Assembly: GCA_963838275.1 (NCBI GenBank)
Contig: CAWIQV010000023.1
Coordinates: 10,730 to 74,729 of the forward strand
Source of the DNA: an uncultured Gammaproteobacteria bacterium
GTDB lineage: Bacteria; Pseudomonadota; Gammaproteobacteria; Steroidobacterales; Steroidobacteraceae
Direction: 5' to 3'
DNA: 64,000 bases
Positions within the stretch are counted from its first letter, which is position 1, and each line of letters opens with the position of its first letter. The translations under genes were made by a program, and so were the position numbers. Of the stretch, positions 1 to 10,291 are shown piece after piece. The notes beneath the pieces are model-generated. The model worked only from the letters and a program-made list of their open reading frames with translations. It made no database searches and was not told the origin of the DNA.

Positions 1-666
1 AACAGCGCCGAAGTGCCAGGCGCCGGTCAGCGCACCGCGCAGGCCATCGATGCCATAGGCCAGCGGGTTCAGGCGCGCGATGATTGCCAGCGCCGGTGGC
101 ACCTGGCCGAGCGGAAACAGCGCTCCGGACAGGAAGAACAGCGGCAGCACCAGGAAATTCATGACCAGCGGGAAGGCCTGAAAGTCCGCGACCAGACACG
201 CGATCAGCGTGCCCAGGGCGGTGAAGCACACCGCGACCAGCACCATGTAGACCAGCAGCAGCGGCAGCTGCGCCAGCGCCTGCGGCCTGAAACCGACGAT
301 CACGCACAGCACGATCACGATCACTCCCTGCAGCAACGCCACGCTCGCGCCTCCCGCAGTGCGCCCGAGCATCACCAGCCATCGCGGCACTGGCGCGACC
401 AGGGTCTCCTTGATGAACCCGAACTGCTTGTCCCAGATCAGCTCGATTCCGGAGAACACGGCACTGAACAGGATCCCCATGCCGACTACGCCGGGGGCCA
501 GGAACTGCAGGTAGTCACCCTGGCCGGCCCGCCGGTAGACGCCGCCGAAGCCGAAACCGAATGCCAGCAGGTACAGCAGCGGCTGACCCAGGGACACGAA
601 CACGCGGCCGCGCGAACGCACGTGGCGCTTGAGCTGCCGCAGCCACAGGATGTAGATGATGCCCAT
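1..666 (-). CDS. ABC-2 type transporter permease (3' end runs off the window)
   Basis: Own minus-strand translation from ATG ~666 gives MGIIYILWLRQLKRHVRSRGRVFVSLGQPLLYLLAFGFGFG...LNPLAYGIDGLRGALTG, a multi-TM ABC-2 pattern. It starts 24 nt downstream of the ATPase stop. It is absent from the ORF track because it has no stop inside the window. Confidence 0.75.
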   Translation of the reverse strand, partial: MGIIYILWLRQLKRHVRSRGRVFVSLGQPLLYLLAFGFGFGGVYRRAGQGDYLQFLAPGVVGMGILFSAVFSGIELIWDKQFGFIKETLVAPVPRWLVMLGRTAGGASVALLQGVIVIVLCVIVGFRPQALAQLPLLLVYMVLVAVCFTALGTLIACLVADFQAFPLVMNFLVLPLFFLSGALFPLGQVPPALAIIARLNPLAYGIDGLRGALTGAWHFGAV

Positions 667-689
667 GTGTGCCCGTGCCCGGCGGCGGC

Positions 690-1499
690 TCAGCGAGCCG
701 ACCCGCCGCGCATGAACTGCCGCATCCGTTCCATGCCGACCCCACCCTCCTCCTCACGGATGCGCGTGCCGGTCAGCTTCAGGAATGCCTGCTCGAGCGA
801 ATCCGAGCTGGTCTGGGCGTTGAGCTCCTGGGGCGAACCCTGGGCGACGATGCGGCCATGATCGATGATCGCGATGCGGCCGGCGACCCGTTCGGCTTCG
901 TCCATGTAGTGCGTCGTCAGGAACACGGTCACCTGCTCCTGCTCGTTGAGCGCGCGCACGTGCGTCCACAGCTGGTTGCGGGTCTGCGGATCGAGCCCGA
1001 GGGTGGGTTCGTCGAGAAAGATCACCGCTGGCGTGTGCAGCAGGCAGCGCGCGATTTCGAGGCGGCGGCGCATGCCCCCGGAGTAGCGCTTGACGATCTC
1101 GTCCCTGCGATCCCACAGGTCGAACATCCTCAGCAGCTGCTCGATGCGCCCCGCGCGCTGGTCCGCCGGCACGTGGTAGAGCACCGCATGGATCACCATG
1201 TTCTCGCGCGCAGTGAGCTCGATGTCCAGGCTCGGGTCCTGGAACACGATGCCGAAGCGGCGCCGGGCGGCGGTCGGCTCGCGCACCACGTCCAGACCAT
1301 CGAGCTCGATACGCCCGCTGCTCGGCTGCAGCAGCGTGGTGAGCATGCGGATGGTCGTGGTCTTGCCGGCGCCGTTGGGACCGAGGAACGCGAAGATCTC
1401 GCCGCGCGCGACCTCGAAGCTGATGTCATCGACGGCCACGAACGAGCCAAAGCGGCGGGACAGTCCGGATGCGCTGATCAAAGGTAGCCTGGCGGGCAT
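690..1499 (-). CDS. ABC transporter ATP-binding protein
   Basis: ORF track, 269 aa. Walker A GPNGAGKTT, ABC signature YSGGMRRRLEI, Walker B VIFLDEPT. Confidence 0.9.
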   Translation of the reverse strand: MPARLPLISASGLSRRFGSFVAVDDISFEVARGEIFAFLGPNGAGKTTTIRMLTTLLQPSSGRIELDGLDVVREPTAARRRFGIVFQDPSLDIELTARENMVIHAVLYHVPADQRAGRIEQLLRMFDLWDRRDEIVKRYSGGMRRRLEIARCLLHTPAVIFLDEPTLGLDPQTRNQLWTHVRALNEQEQVTVFLTTHYMDEAERVAGRIAIIDHGRIVAQGSPQELNAQTSSDSLEQAFLKLTGTRIREEEGGVGMERMRQFMRGGSAR

Positions 1500-1669
1500 G
1501 CCACTAGCGTCGGGGCGTGACGGCGGATTCTACGCCAGAGCGAACCGGGCTTGCAGGGCAGGTTGCGCCGCGCCCGTTCCCGGCTTTGAGTTTTCCGGCG
1601 CGGCGAGCGATCATGCGTACTGCCGCGAGTCGCGCGCCCATTGAGCCCAATGAGCTGGAGGAACAAGAA

Positions 1670-2017
1670 ATGAGGGTAATCCTGGCCGTCTCGATCCTGG
1701 GGGTACTGGCGAGCTCGCCGGTGTTTGCCGCATGCACGGCGCCGGACAACAACGTCGTGATTCCGAACGGCAGCACCGCGACCAAGGACGAAATGCTGGC
1801 CGCACAGAAGGCGCTCAAGGCCTACAACAGTGCGGTCGCGGATTTCAGCACCTGCCTGCAGCAGGAAACCGACGGCAAGATCGCGGCGGGTGGCGACAAG
1901 GACAAGCTCACTGCCGCCATGGCCAAGCGCAACAACGCCGAAGTGGACAAGGTCCAGGCGCTCGCCGACCGCTGGAAAGTCGAACTCGCCGCGTTCAAGG
2001 CGAAGCCTGCGGGGTAG
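1670..2017 (+). CDS. small exported protein / putative lipoprotein, unknown function
   Basis: Inner ATG of ORF 1517..2017, preceded by GGAGGA. MRVILAVSILGVLASSPVFAAC looks like a signal peptide with a lipobox-like FAAC. No family recognised. Confidence 0.55.
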   Translation: MRVILAVSILGVLASSPVFAACTAPDNNVVIPNGSTATKDEMLAAQKALKAYNSAVADFSTCLQQETDGKIAAGGDKDKLTAAMAKRNNAEVDKVQALADRWKVELAAFKAKPAG

Positions 2018-2027
2018 GCCGCGCCCG

Positions 2028-2540
2028 GTGCCGCGCGGCCGGGTAGGACGGCTCCGGGACCGCGCGGCCGCCCTGGTCCTGTCGCAGCTGCGGCAGGGAA
2101 TCACGCCGCCGAAGCTGGCGCTCACGCTCGCACTCGGGCTCGCCATCACGGTGTTCCCGATCTTCGGGACTACCGCCACCCTGTGCGTGCTGGTCGGAGC
2201 GTGGCTGCGGCTGAACCAGCCGCTGCTGCAGCTCATCAACTGGTGTGCGACGCCGCTGCAGTTTCCTGCGATCTATTTCTTCGTCCGCGTCGGGGAGCGG
2301 CTCACGCACGCGGCGCCGGTGTCGTTTTCGATCCTCGGCCTCGCGCGCAGCTTCCGTGCCTCCCCGGGGATGTTCCTGCGCGAGTTCGGCATGACCGGAT
2401 TGCGCGGCATCCTGGCCTGGACGCTGATCGCGCCGCCGCTGGCGGCTACCGTGTACCTGCTGCTGCTGCCGCCGCTGCGCGGCCTCGCGCGCCGCAGTGC
2501 GCGGGAAGCGAACACCGAGGGCGGCCGGCGCGACGGCTAG
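2028..2540 (+). CDS. DUF2062-like membrane protein
   Basis: Inner GTG of ORF 1830..2540, just after the upstream stop. GITPPKLALTLALGLAITVFPIFGTTATLCVLVGAWLRLNQP fits my memory of DUF2062 proteins. Start uncertain. Confidence 0.55.
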   Translation: MPRGRVGRLRDRAAALVLSQLRQGITPPKLALTLALGLAITVFPIFGTTATLCVLVGAWLRLNQPLLQLINWCATPLQFPAIYFFVRVGERLTHAAPVSFSILGLARSFRASPGMFLREFGMTGLRGILAWTLIAPPLAATVYLLLLPPLRGLARRSAREANTEGGRRDG

Positions 2541-2549
2541 CGCTACGTT

Positions 2550-3095
2550 CTAGAGCGGCAGCGCCACGATGAGGTCTTCGTAGTCGTGCGCGCCGACATG
2601 GAAGGTCCGGCGGCCGACCGCGCGGTACCCCAGCTTCTGGTAGAACGCGAGCGCCGCCAGATTGCGCGAGTACACGCCGAGCAGCAGGCGCGGCGCGCGC
2701 TCGGCTGATGCCAGCTCCCGCGCCTCGTCCATCAGGCGCCGGCCGAGTCCGCTGCCCTGGAACCGGTGCAGCAGGTAGATGCGCCTGATCTCGCGATCCC
2801 GGGGGTCGAGGTCGGAAAGCGGGAGGTTCGGGACACCGAGCACGAGGTACCCGACCGGGGCCCCGCCGTGCTCGGCCTCGGCGATCCAGATCCGGGTCGC
2901 CGGGTCGAGCAGCCACGCGCGGTAGCGCGCGACGCTGTGCTGCTGCGCGCAGTGCTGCGTGATGTCCTCCCTGGGCAAGGTGCCGGCATAGGCCTCGAGG
3001 AATGTCGCCTGGCCGAGCAGCGCGAGCGCGTCGGCATCCTCCGCACCGGCAGTGCGGATGCGTACCGGCGGCGCGGCGGATCCCGTGCTGCCCAT
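2550..3095 (-). CDS. GNAT family N-acetyltransferase
   Basis: Inner ATG (residue 161) of ORF 2550..3575. IYLLHRFQGSGLGRRLMDEA is the acetyl-CoA-binding Q/RxxGxG motif of the GNAT fold. The upstream part of the ORF is Arg/Pro-rich junk. Confidence 0.8.
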   Translation of the reverse strand: MGSTGSAAPPVRIRTAGAEDADALALLGQATFLEAYAGTLPREDITQHCAQQHSVARYRAWLLDPATRIWIAEAEHGGAPVGYLVLGVPNLPLSDLDPRDREIRRIYLLHRFQGSGLGRRLMDEARELASAERAPRLLLGVYSRNLAALAFYQKLGYRAVGRRTFHVGAHDYEDLIVALPL

Positions 3096-3106
3096 GGCCG
3101 CGAAGG

Positions 3107-4090
3107 CTAGTGCGTCCCCGGCGCCGGCTCGAGCCCCTTCGAGTACAGCACCCGGCCGTCGGGCGTGACCAGGATCGCCTCGACGTCCGGCAGCGTGGCG
3201 TAGATGCGCAGTGCCTCCTCCGCGCCGAGCACGAATGCGGTTTTCGACAGGCCATCGGTGCGCGTGGCCGTGGGCGCGATCACGGTAGCGCTGCGCACCC
3301 GGCTCGCCGAATGTCCAGTGTGCGGATCGATGATGTGATGGTAGCGCACGCCGTTCTCGTCGTAGTAGCGCTCGTAGTCCCCGGACGTGGAATACGCGGT
3401 GTCTTCCAGCGGAATGCGGGTGAAGTAACGCTCCGGGTGATTGGGGTCGCTGATGCCGATGACCCAGGGTTCGCCCCGGCGGTCGCCGATGACGCGACTG
3501 TCCCCGCCGGCATTGACGAGTGCGTGCGTGTAGCCGCGCTGCTGGAGGATGGCGATGCCCCGGTCCACGGCCCACCCCTTGGCGATCCCGCCCAGATCGA
3601 TGCGCACGCCGTGCCGCGCGAACCGCACGGTCTGCTGCTTCGGGTCGAGCAGTACGTGGCGGTAATTGACCGCCGGCAGCGCCGACTGGATCTGCTGCTC
3701 GGTGGGCCGGACGTGGGCCCGGAAGTCGTACATGTACCCGACGCTGGCATAGGTGATGTCGAACGCGCCCTCGGTGATGCGGGAATACTCCAGCGCGGTC
3801 GCGAGCAGCGAATACAGGTCGGAACTGATCGGCACCGGGCGCCCGGCGGCCTCGGCATTGACCTTCGAGACCTCGCTGGTCGGCTTGTAGGTGCTCATGG
3901 TCTCATCGACGTGCTGCATGTCGGCCATGACCGCGTCGATCGCCTGCTCACCCGCGGCCCGGTCCTCGGCCCACAGCTTCACCATGATGCGCGTGCCCAT
4001 GATGCCGTCCACCGTGCGCTCGAGCCATTCGGCGTGGGCCGGCAGGCTCACGCAGCCGAGCAGCGCCAGCAGCGTACCCGCGCGGTTCAT
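3107..4090 (-). CDS. apbE: FAD:protein FMN transferase (ApbE family lipoprotein)
   Basis: ORF track, 327 aa. Lipoprotein signal LLALLGC. DLGGIAKGWAVD and HIIDPHTGHS are ApbE hallmarks. 4-nt overlap with the upstream cysteine synthase gene. Confidence 0.9.
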   Translation of the reverse strand: MNRAGTLLALLGCVSLPAHAEWLERTVDGIMGTRIMVKLWAEDRAAGEQAIDAVMADMQHVDETMSTYKPTSEVSKVNAEAAGRPVPISSDLYSLLATALEYSRITEGAFDITYASVGYMYDFRAHVRPTEQQIQSALPAVNYRHVLLDPKQQTVRFARHGVRIDLGGIAKGWAVDRGIAILQQRGYTHALVNAGGDSRVIGDRRGEPWVIGISDPNHPERYFTRIPLEDTAYSTSGDYERYYDENGVRYHHIIDPHTGHSASRVRSATVIAPTATRTDGLSKTAFVLGAEEALRIYATLPDVEAILVTPDGRVLYSKGLEPAPGTH

Positions 4091-5091
4091 GCGCCGCTCC
4101 CGTCGAGGCCGGCCGCCGCGAGCAGTCCCTTCTGCGCGAGCCAGTCGCGGTTATAGAGCCGCGACAGGTATTTGGCTCCGCTGTCGCACAGCACGGTGAC
4201 CACGGTGTGCCCTGGCCCCAGGCTGCGCGCGACCTGCGCCGCAGCGGCGACGTTGATGCCGCTGGTGCTGCTCACGAACAGCCCCTCCTCGCGCAGCAGC
4301 CGATAGACCTGGCGCACCGTCTCGGCGTCCTCGATATGCACCGCGTCGTCGATCGGCGCGTCCTGCATGTTGGCGGTCACGCGGCCGATCCCTATGCCTT
4401 CGGTGATCGAACCGCTGCCCGTGGCCTTGAGCGTGCCGTGGCGTATGTATTCAAAGAGCGCGCTGCCGGGGGGATCGGCGAGCACCGTGCGGATGCCCGC
4501 TCGCCGCGACTTCAGGTACTCGGAAACGCCGGCGACGGTGCCGCCGGTACCGCTCGCCGCCACGAAGGCGTCGATGCGCCCACCGGTCTGCTCCCAGATC
4601 TCCGGTCCGGTGGTATCGAAGTGAGCGCGGCGGTTGGCGGTATTGTCGAACTGGTTGGCCCAGATCGCATCGGGCAGTTCGGTGGCCAGCCTACCGGCAA
4701 CCTTCTGGTAATGGTTCGGATCGCTGTAGGGGACCGCCTTGACACGGCGCACCTCGGCGCCCAGCGCCTCGATCAACGCGTACTTCTCCGCCGACTGGTT
4801 GTCCGGCATCACGATCACGCAGCGGTAGCCGCGGGCATTGCAGACATGCGCGAGGCCGATGCCGGTATTGCCGGCGGTGCCCTCGACCACGGTGCTGCCC
4901 GGCTTGAGCTGGCCACGCCGCTCGGCGTCCAGCACGATCGCCCGCGCCGCCCGATCCTTGACCGAGCCGCCGGGGTTCATGAATTCCGCCTTGCCGTAGA
5001 TCTCGCAACCGGTCTCCTCGCTGACACGCCGCAGGCGGATCAGTGGCGTGCGACCGATGGCCTCGATGAAATCCCTGGCAACATGACTCAT
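4087..5091 (-). CDS. PLP-dependent cysteine synthase family protein
   Basis: Inner ATG of ORF 4087..6180: MSHVARDFIEAIGRTPLIRL. MNPGGSVKDRAA contains the PLP lysine; also GNTGIGLA and SGTGGT. The start overlaps the cysG stop (ATGA). Confidence 0.85.
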   Translation of the reverse strand: MSHVARDFIEAIGRTPLIRLRRVSEETGCEIYGKAEFMNPGGSVKDRAARAIVLDAERRGQLKPGSTVVEGTAGNTGIGLAHVCNARGYRCVIVMPDNQSAEKYALIEALGAEVRRVKAVPYSDPNHYQKVAGRLATELPDAIWANQFDNTANRRAHFDTTGPEIWEQTGGRIDAFVAASGTGGTVAGVSEYLKSRRAGIRTVLADPPGSALFEYIRHGTLKATGSGSITEGIGIGRVTANMQDAPIDDAVHIEDAETVRQVYRLLREEGLFVSSTSGINVAAAAQVARSLGPGHTVVTVLCDSGAKYLSRLYNRDWLAQKGLLAAAGLDGSGA

Positions 5092-6509
5092 CCGCGTGAC
5101 CTCTCCTGCGGCATCCGGGCCGCGACATTCCGGTCGGTCGCCGCGCGCGCGGCCACCTCCCCGACGATCAGCAGCGCCGGCGCCTGTATGCCGGCCGCCT
5201 CGGCACCCTGCACGATATCGAGCAGTGTACCGCCGACGCTGCGTTGCTCGGGCAGGGTCGCGCGCTCGATGATCAGCGCCGGCCGCGTGCCCGGGGCACC
5301 GCGCGCGAGCAGGTTGCGCACGATGCGCGGCAGCTGGGCGACGCCCATGTAGAACACCACGGTCTGCAATGGCGCGGCGAGCGCGGTCCAGTCCAGCGAC
5401 TCGGCGGCCTCCCCCATCGCGGTCACGAAGCACAAGGATTGCGCCAGGCCGCGATGGGTCAGCGGCACCCGGGTCGCGGCCGCGGCGCCCTGCGCCGCGC
5501 TGATGCCCGGCACGATGATCACCGGAATTCCTGCCGCGACCAGCGCGTCGACCTCCTCGCCGCCGCGTCCGAAGATGAACGGATCGCCGCCCTTCAGTCG
5601 CGCCACGCGCAGGCCACGTCGCGCATGCTCCAGCATCAGCTCGTGGATGCGTTGCTGCGTCACGCGGTGCCGGCCGGATTCCTTGCCCACGCAGATGCGC
5701 GTCGCATCGCGCCGCACGCGCTCGAGCACTGCCGCGCTGACCAGCCGGTCGTACAGCACGACGTCGGCGCGCTGCAGCAGCTGCAGTGCGCGCAGGGTCA
5801 GCAGGTCCGGATCGCCCGGGCCCGCACCGATCAGGTACACCTCGCCGCGCACGCGCTCTCCGGGCACGGCCCGCATTTCGTGCGCCAGCGCCTGTTCGAG
5901 CATGGCCTCCGCGGCGGTGCGCCTGTCCGGCCTGCACCGCCGTGGCAATGCCGCCGTCGAACAGACGGTCCCAGAACCGGCGACGCCGGTCCAGGTCGGG
6001 CAGCGCGCGCGCGATGCGCTCGCGCGCACGGCCCGCCAGCGCGCGCCAGTTCGCCCAAGCCCCTCCGGCAGCAGCGCTTCGAGCTGCGCACGCACCCGGC
6101 GCACCAGCGTCGGGGACTGTCCGGAGCTGCCAATGGCCACGACGATCGGGGAGCGATCGACGATCGCCGGCATGATGCACGTGGATGCGCCGAGGTCGTC
6201 GACGACATTGACGAACACGCCACGCGCCGCGCCGGCGGCGGCCACCGCGCCATTGACCTCCGGCCGGTCGGTCGCGGCGATCGCGAACACGATCCCGTCG
6301 AAGTGCGCGGGCTCGAACACCACCGGGCGATGCTCGATGCGCCCGGCATCACGATACAGGGCGAGTTCGGGATGCAGGTCGGGGGCCACGACGCGCACCA
6401 GTGCGTGGGCCTTGAGCAGCAGTTCGACCTTGCGCATCGCCACCGCGCCGCCTCCGACCACGAGCGTCCGGCGTGCGCGCAGGTCGAGGAATACGGGCAG
6501 GTAATCCAT
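5088..6509 (-). CDS. cysG: siroheme synthase (uroporphyrinogen-III methyltransferase / precorrin-2 dehydrogenase / ferrochelatase)
   Basis: ORF track, 473 aa. N-terminal Rossmann motif VVGGGAVAMRKV. C-terminal methyltransferase VYLIGAGPGDPDLLTLRA...LKGGDPFIFGRGGEE. The central ~45 aa appear to be read in the wrong register (see finding). Confidence 0.85.
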   Translation of the reverse strand: MDYLPVFLDLRARRTLVVGGGAVAMRKVELLLKAHALVRVVAPDLHPELALYRDAGRIEHRPVVFEPAHFDGIVFAIAATDRPEVNGAVAAAGAARGVFVNVVDDLGASTCIMPAIVDRSPIVVAIGSSGQSPTLVRRVRAQLEALLPEGLGRTGARWRAVRASASRARCPTWTGVAGSGTVCSTAALPRRCRPDRRTAAEAMLEQALAHEMRAVPGERVRGEVYLIGAGPGDPDLLTLRALQLLQRADVVLYDRLVSAAVLERVRRDATRICVGKESGRHRVTQQRIHELMLEHARRGLRVARLKGGDPFIFGRGGEEVDALVAAGIPVIIVPGISAAQGAAAATRVPLTHRGLAQSLCFVTAMGEAAESLDWTALAAPLQTVVFYMGVAQLPRIVRNLLARGAPGTRPALIIERATLPEQRSVGGTLLDIVQGAEAAGIQAPALLIVGEVAARAATDRNVAARMPQERSRG

Positions 6510-6546
6510 CAGTCGGGTCCACGCCGCGCCGTGCGGCGGCGCCGTC

Positions 6547-7281
6547 CTAGCTCACCGCCGTCGGGCGCGTGCGCGGGTGCAATCCGCATTCGCGCGATTC
6601 CGGGCGCTCCCACCACCAGCGTCCGGCCCGGTGGTCCTGCCCGGGTTCGATCGCACGCGTGCAGGGCGCGCAGCCGATGCTCGGATACCCACGGTCGTGC
6701 AGCGGGTTGTAGGGCAGCTGCCGGGTGCGGATGTAGGCCCAGACGTCCGACTCGGTCCACTCCAGCAGCGGGCTGATCTTGGCGAGCCCGTAACGCTCGT
6801 CGTGGACCGAAGGCAGCGCCTGGGCGCGGGACTCGGACTGCTCGCGCCGTACGCCCGTAATCCAGGCTCCATAGCCCTCGATTGCGCGGCGGAAGGGCTC
6901 CACCTTGCGGATCTCGCAGCACCGGAGCCGGTTGTCCAGGCTGTCGTAGAAGCCATTGATGCCGCGCTCACGCACGTAGCGCTCGATGTCCTGCGTGTCG
7001 GGATACACCAGCCGGATGCGGCGCTGGTAGCGCCGCTCCAGCCGCTCGAGCAGCCCGAGGGTCTCCTCGGGCAGGCGCCCGGTGTCGATGCTGAACATGT
7101 CGATGGCAGGTACGGCGGTGCAGATCAGGTCGGTCAGCACCATGGCCTCGGCGCCGAGGCTGTTGGCGTACACGACTCGACCATGCTGGCGCACGGCCTC
7201 GCGCAGCAACGCGACGACGGCGTCGCCCCTGGCCTGAAGCGCAGCGTCGATACCTGGGTCTTGGGCGGCCTCGGGTGCCAT
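6547..7281 (-). CDS. cysH: assimilatory adenylyl-sulfate/PAPS reductase, Fe-S (APS) type
   Basis: Inner ATG of ORF 6547..7767, RBS AAGGAG upstream. PAPS_reduct fold. RCCEIRKVEP plus SIGCAPCT is the Cys-Cys and CxxC pair typical of Fe-S APS reductases. Confidence 0.88.
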   Translation of the reverse strand: MAPEAAQDPGIDAALQARGDAVVALLREAVRQHGRVVYANSLGAEAMVLTDLICTAVPAIDMFSIDTGRLPEETLGLLERLERRYQRRIRLVYPDTQDIERYVRERGINGFYDSLDNRLRCCEIRKVEPFRRAIEGYGAWITGVRREQSESRAQALPSVHDERYGLAKISPLLEWTESDVWAYIRTRQLPYNPLHDRGYPSIGCAPCTRAIEPGQDHRAGRWWWERPESRECGLHPRTRPTAVS

Positions 7282-7449
7282 GGGCCGGGCATTGTGCCCC
7301 GACTCCTTATGACTTTGGCGCATGAATTGACGGATCCGACGCGGGATGCGGCATCGATCCAGAACCGCGTGACAAAGCGTGACCGGCCCCGGGGCACACC
7401 ACGGCAGACTGTAGAATCTGCAGAGCATGTCCAGCCCACCCCTACTCCC

Positions 7450-8427
7450 ATGAGCTCCCTCGACCTGCGGCGGCTGCGCCAGAACGAACACGTCCGTGCG
7501 CTGACCCGTGACGTGCACCTGCAACTCTCCCAGCTGATCCAGCCGCTGTTCGTAGGGGAGTCGACCCGCACGCCCGAGGCGGTGCCAGGGCTCACCGGCG
7601 TGCACCAGGAAAGCCCGGAATCGCTGTTGCGCCAGGTCGAGCAGGACCTCCGGGCCGGCGTCAACAAGTTCCTGCTGTTCGGAGTTCCGACCGCCCGGGC
7701 GCCACGGCACATCGACTGGAGTTTCACCTCCGGCCAGATCCACGCGCTCAAGCAGCGCTTCGGACACGATATCTGGCTTGCCACGGATGTCTGCCTGTGT
7801 TCATCGACCCCGCACGGGCACTGCGGCGTGCTCAACGCCGAGGGTGATCACCTCGACAATGACGCGAGCCTGGCCGAACTCGAGCAGGCCGCGCTGAGCT
7901 ACGCCCAGGCCGGCGCCGACTGCGTCGCGCCCAGCGACATGATGGACGGTCGCATCAGGGCGATCCGTGCGCGGCTGGACGCGTCCGGCCAGGAGCGCAC
8001 CGTGCTGATGAGCTATGCGGTGAAATTCCACTCCACGCTCTATGGGCCGTTCCGCGCCGCCGCGGACTCGGCGCCCAAGTCCAACGTGCAGCTCAAGGAC
8101 CGCTCGACCTACCAGCTCGATCCGGCGCGCACCGACGATGCATGGCAATGCGCGCAGCGCGACGCCGCGCAGGGCGCGGACATCCTGATGGTCAAGCCCG
8201 GCCTGCCCTACCTCGACGTGCTGCGGGAGCTCTCGGCCGCCATCCGCAAGCCCTGGGCCGTCTATCACGTCAGCGGCGAATTCGCCGCACTCGAGTCGCT
8301 CGCGGCGCAGGGGCTCGCGCCCCGCGCCGCGCTACACCGCGAGATCATGCTGAGCTTCAAGCGCGCCGGTGCCGACATGATCATCACCTACGGCGCGCGT
8401 TTCGCCCGCGAATGGCTGCAGGCGTGA
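7450..8427 (+). CDS. hemB: porphobilinogen synthase (delta-aminolevulinate dehydratase), Zn-type
   Basis: Inner ATG of ORF 6577..8427. [14 protein letters not shown] is the Cys triad. Also [15 protein letters not shown] and DILMVKPG. Confidence 0.92.
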   Translation: MSSLDLRRLRQNEHVRALTRDVHLQLSQLIQPLFVGESTRTPEAVPGLTGVHQESPESLLRQVEQDLRAGVNKFLLFGVPTARAPRHIDWSFTSGQIHALKQRFGHDIWLATDVCLCSSTPHGHCGVLNAEGDHLDNDASLAELEQAALSYAQAGADCVAPSDMMDGRIRAIRARLDASGQERTVLMSYAVKFHSTLYGPFRAAADSAPKSNVQLKDRSTYQLDPARTDDAWQCAQRDAAQGADILMVKPGLPYLDVLRELSAAIRKPWAVYHVSGEFAALESLAAQGLAPRAALHREIMLSFKRAGADMIITYGARFAREWLQA

Positions 8428-9704
8428 GCGGATCGCCGATCTCGGAGCAGCTGTACGCGCGCTCGCAGCGCGTCTCGCCCGGCGGCGTGCATTCCCCGGT
8501 GCGGGCCTTCCGCGGCGTCGGCGGCACGCCGCGCTTCATGCGCAGCGCCGCCGGTGCGCGCCTGACCGACGTCGAGGGCCGCGAGTACATCGATTTCTGC
8601 ATGGCATTCGGCCCGCTGATCCTCGGGCACGCCGATCCCGGCGTACGCGCCGCCGCCGAAGCGGCGCTCGCGCGCGGCTGGAGCTTCGGCACCGCCGAGC
8701 CCTACAGCCTGGAGCTCGCCGAGCTGATCACCTCGCGCATACCCTGGGTCGAGAGCATCCGCTTCGTGAATTCCGGCACCGAGGCGGTCATGTCGGCGCT
8801 GCGCGTCGCGCGCGCCGCCACCGGTCGCCCGCGCATCCTGAAATTCGAAGGCTGCTACCACGGGCACGCGGATTCGATGCTGCTGCGCGCCGGCTCGGGG
8901 CTCGCCGAAGGCGCGGTACCGGACAGCGCCGGCCTGCCGCCCGAGGTCGCGCGCGAGACCGTGGTCGCACCGCTCGATGACCTCGAAGCGCTCGAGGCGG
9001 TATTCGCCCGCCACGGCCCGGAGCTGGCGGCGGTCATCATCGAGCCGCTACCGGCGAACTACGGACTGCTGCCGCAACGCCCGGAATTCCTGCGCGCGAT
9101 CGCGCAGGCGGCCCGCGCGCACGGCGCGCTGCTGATCTTCGACGAAGTGATCTCGGGATTCCGCATCGGATTCCAGGGCTACGCCGGACTGGTGGGTGTG
9201 ACGCCCGACCTCGTCACCTACGGCAAGGTCATCGGCGGCGGATTTCCAGTCGGCGCCTATGGGGGTCGGCGCGAACTCATGGAACTGGTCGCACCGGTCG
9301 GCCCCGTGTACCAGGCCGGCACACTGAGCGCGAATCCGCTCGCGATGTCCGCCGGACTGGCGACGCTCGCGCGGCTGCTCGACGGCAGCGTCTACCGCCA
9401 GCTCGACGCGCTCGGTGCGCGCCTCGAGACCGCGCTGGCGGGATTGCCGCGCCTCGCCGTGCAGCGCGTCGGTTCGATCTTCTGGCTGTGCCTGTCAGGC
9501 CAGGATCGGCCGCGCACTCCGATCAGGACCCTGCAGGACCTGCCGCTCGACGCGAAGCAGGCGTTCGCGGGGCCGTTCCACGCACTGCTGGAACGCGGGA
9601 TCTACCTCGCGCCGAGCGCGTTCGAGGTCGGGTTCCTGTCCGCAGCGCATGGCGATGCGCACGTCGACGCACTGGCCGCGGCCTTGCGTGCCGCGTTGCA
9701 GTAG
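8424..9704 (+). CDS. hemL: glutamate-1-semialdehyde 2,1-aminomutase
   Basis: GTG overlapping the hemB stop. [27 protein letters not shown] contains the PLP lysine. Class-III aminotransferase pattern, 426 aa. Confidence 0.92.
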   Translation: MSGSPISEQLYARSQRVSPGGVHSPVRAFRGVGGTPRFMRSAAGARLTDVEGREYIDFCMAFGPLILGHADPGVRAAAEAALARGWSFGTAEPYSLELAELITSRIPWVESIRFVNSGTEAVMSALRVARAATGRPRILKFEGCYHGHADSMLLRAGSGLAEGAVPDSAGLPPEVARETVVAPLDDLEALEAVFARHGPELAAVIIEPLPANYGLLPQRPEFLRAIAQAARAHGALLIFDEVISGFRIGFQGYAGLVGVTPDLVTYGKVIGGGFPVGAYGGRRELMELVAPVGPVYQAGTLSANPLAMSAGLATLARLLDGSVYRQLDALGARLETALAGLPRLAVQRVGSIFWLCLSGQDRPRTPIRTLQDLPLDAKQAFAGPFHALLERGIYLAPSAFEVGFLSAAHGDAHVDALAAALRAALQ

Positions 9705-9766
9705 CCGCTGAAGACGATCGAATCGGGTCACGGCGCGCGGGCAGGTAGCCGGCGCGCCTCATTCCC

Positions 9767-10291
9767 TCATCGCGGTGGCGGCGGCGCCGTGGCCGGCGTG
9801 CCATCGGCAGTGCGCTGGCGCGGTGCCACCAGGCGCGCGCTGCCGTCCTGGGTCGCGACGCTGAAGTCCTGGAACGCCGCCAGCGCCCCTTCCGGATCCT
9901 CGCCCGGGTCGAGCTCGAACGCATCGAAGCCGCACCGCGCGAGCAAATACAGCTGGTCGCGCTTGATCACGCCGCGCGCACGCAGCTCGCCCTCGTAGCC
10001 GTAGCGCGCGCGCAGCAGCCTCCCTTGCGAATAGCCGCGGCCTTCTGCGAGCTTCGGAAACTCGATCACGACCAGCCGTATTCGACCGAGATGCGGCGCC
10101 AGCAGCGCCACGTCATCGGTGGGCCCGAGCAGCACACCTGCGGCCAGGTCCCCGGATACGCCGGCGCCTGCGGCCGCGGCCACGAGCCAGTCAGCGAGGA
10201 CGAGCACCCGAAGCGCGCCCTCTGGCGCTGCCTCGCCCGGGTAGGCGAGCGCGTCGGCGACGACTTCACGCCGCCGAATGATCCGCCGCAT
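9767..10291 (-). CDS. DUF934 domain protein (sulfite-reductase associated)
   Basis: Inner ATG of ORF 9767..10504. IEFPKLAEGRGYSQGRLLRARYGYEGELRARG matches the pattern of DUF934 genes that follow cysI in pseudomonads. Overlaps the cysI 3' end by 26 nt; start uncertain. Confidence 0.7.
   Translation of the reverse strand: MRRIIRRREVVADALAYPGEAAPEGALRVLVLADWLVAAAAGAGVSGDLAAGVLLGPTDDVALLAPHLGRIRLVVIEFPKLAEGRGYSQGRLLRARYGYEGELRARGVIKRDQLYLLARCGFDAFELDPGEDPEGALAAFQDFSVATQDGSARLVAPRQRTADGTPATAPPPPR

Noticed and set aside
13-861. 282-aa plus-strand ORF at the window start
   Set aside because: It is antisense to the ABC-2 permease and ATPase genes. It is His/Gln/Arg/Asp-rich and implausible as a protein.
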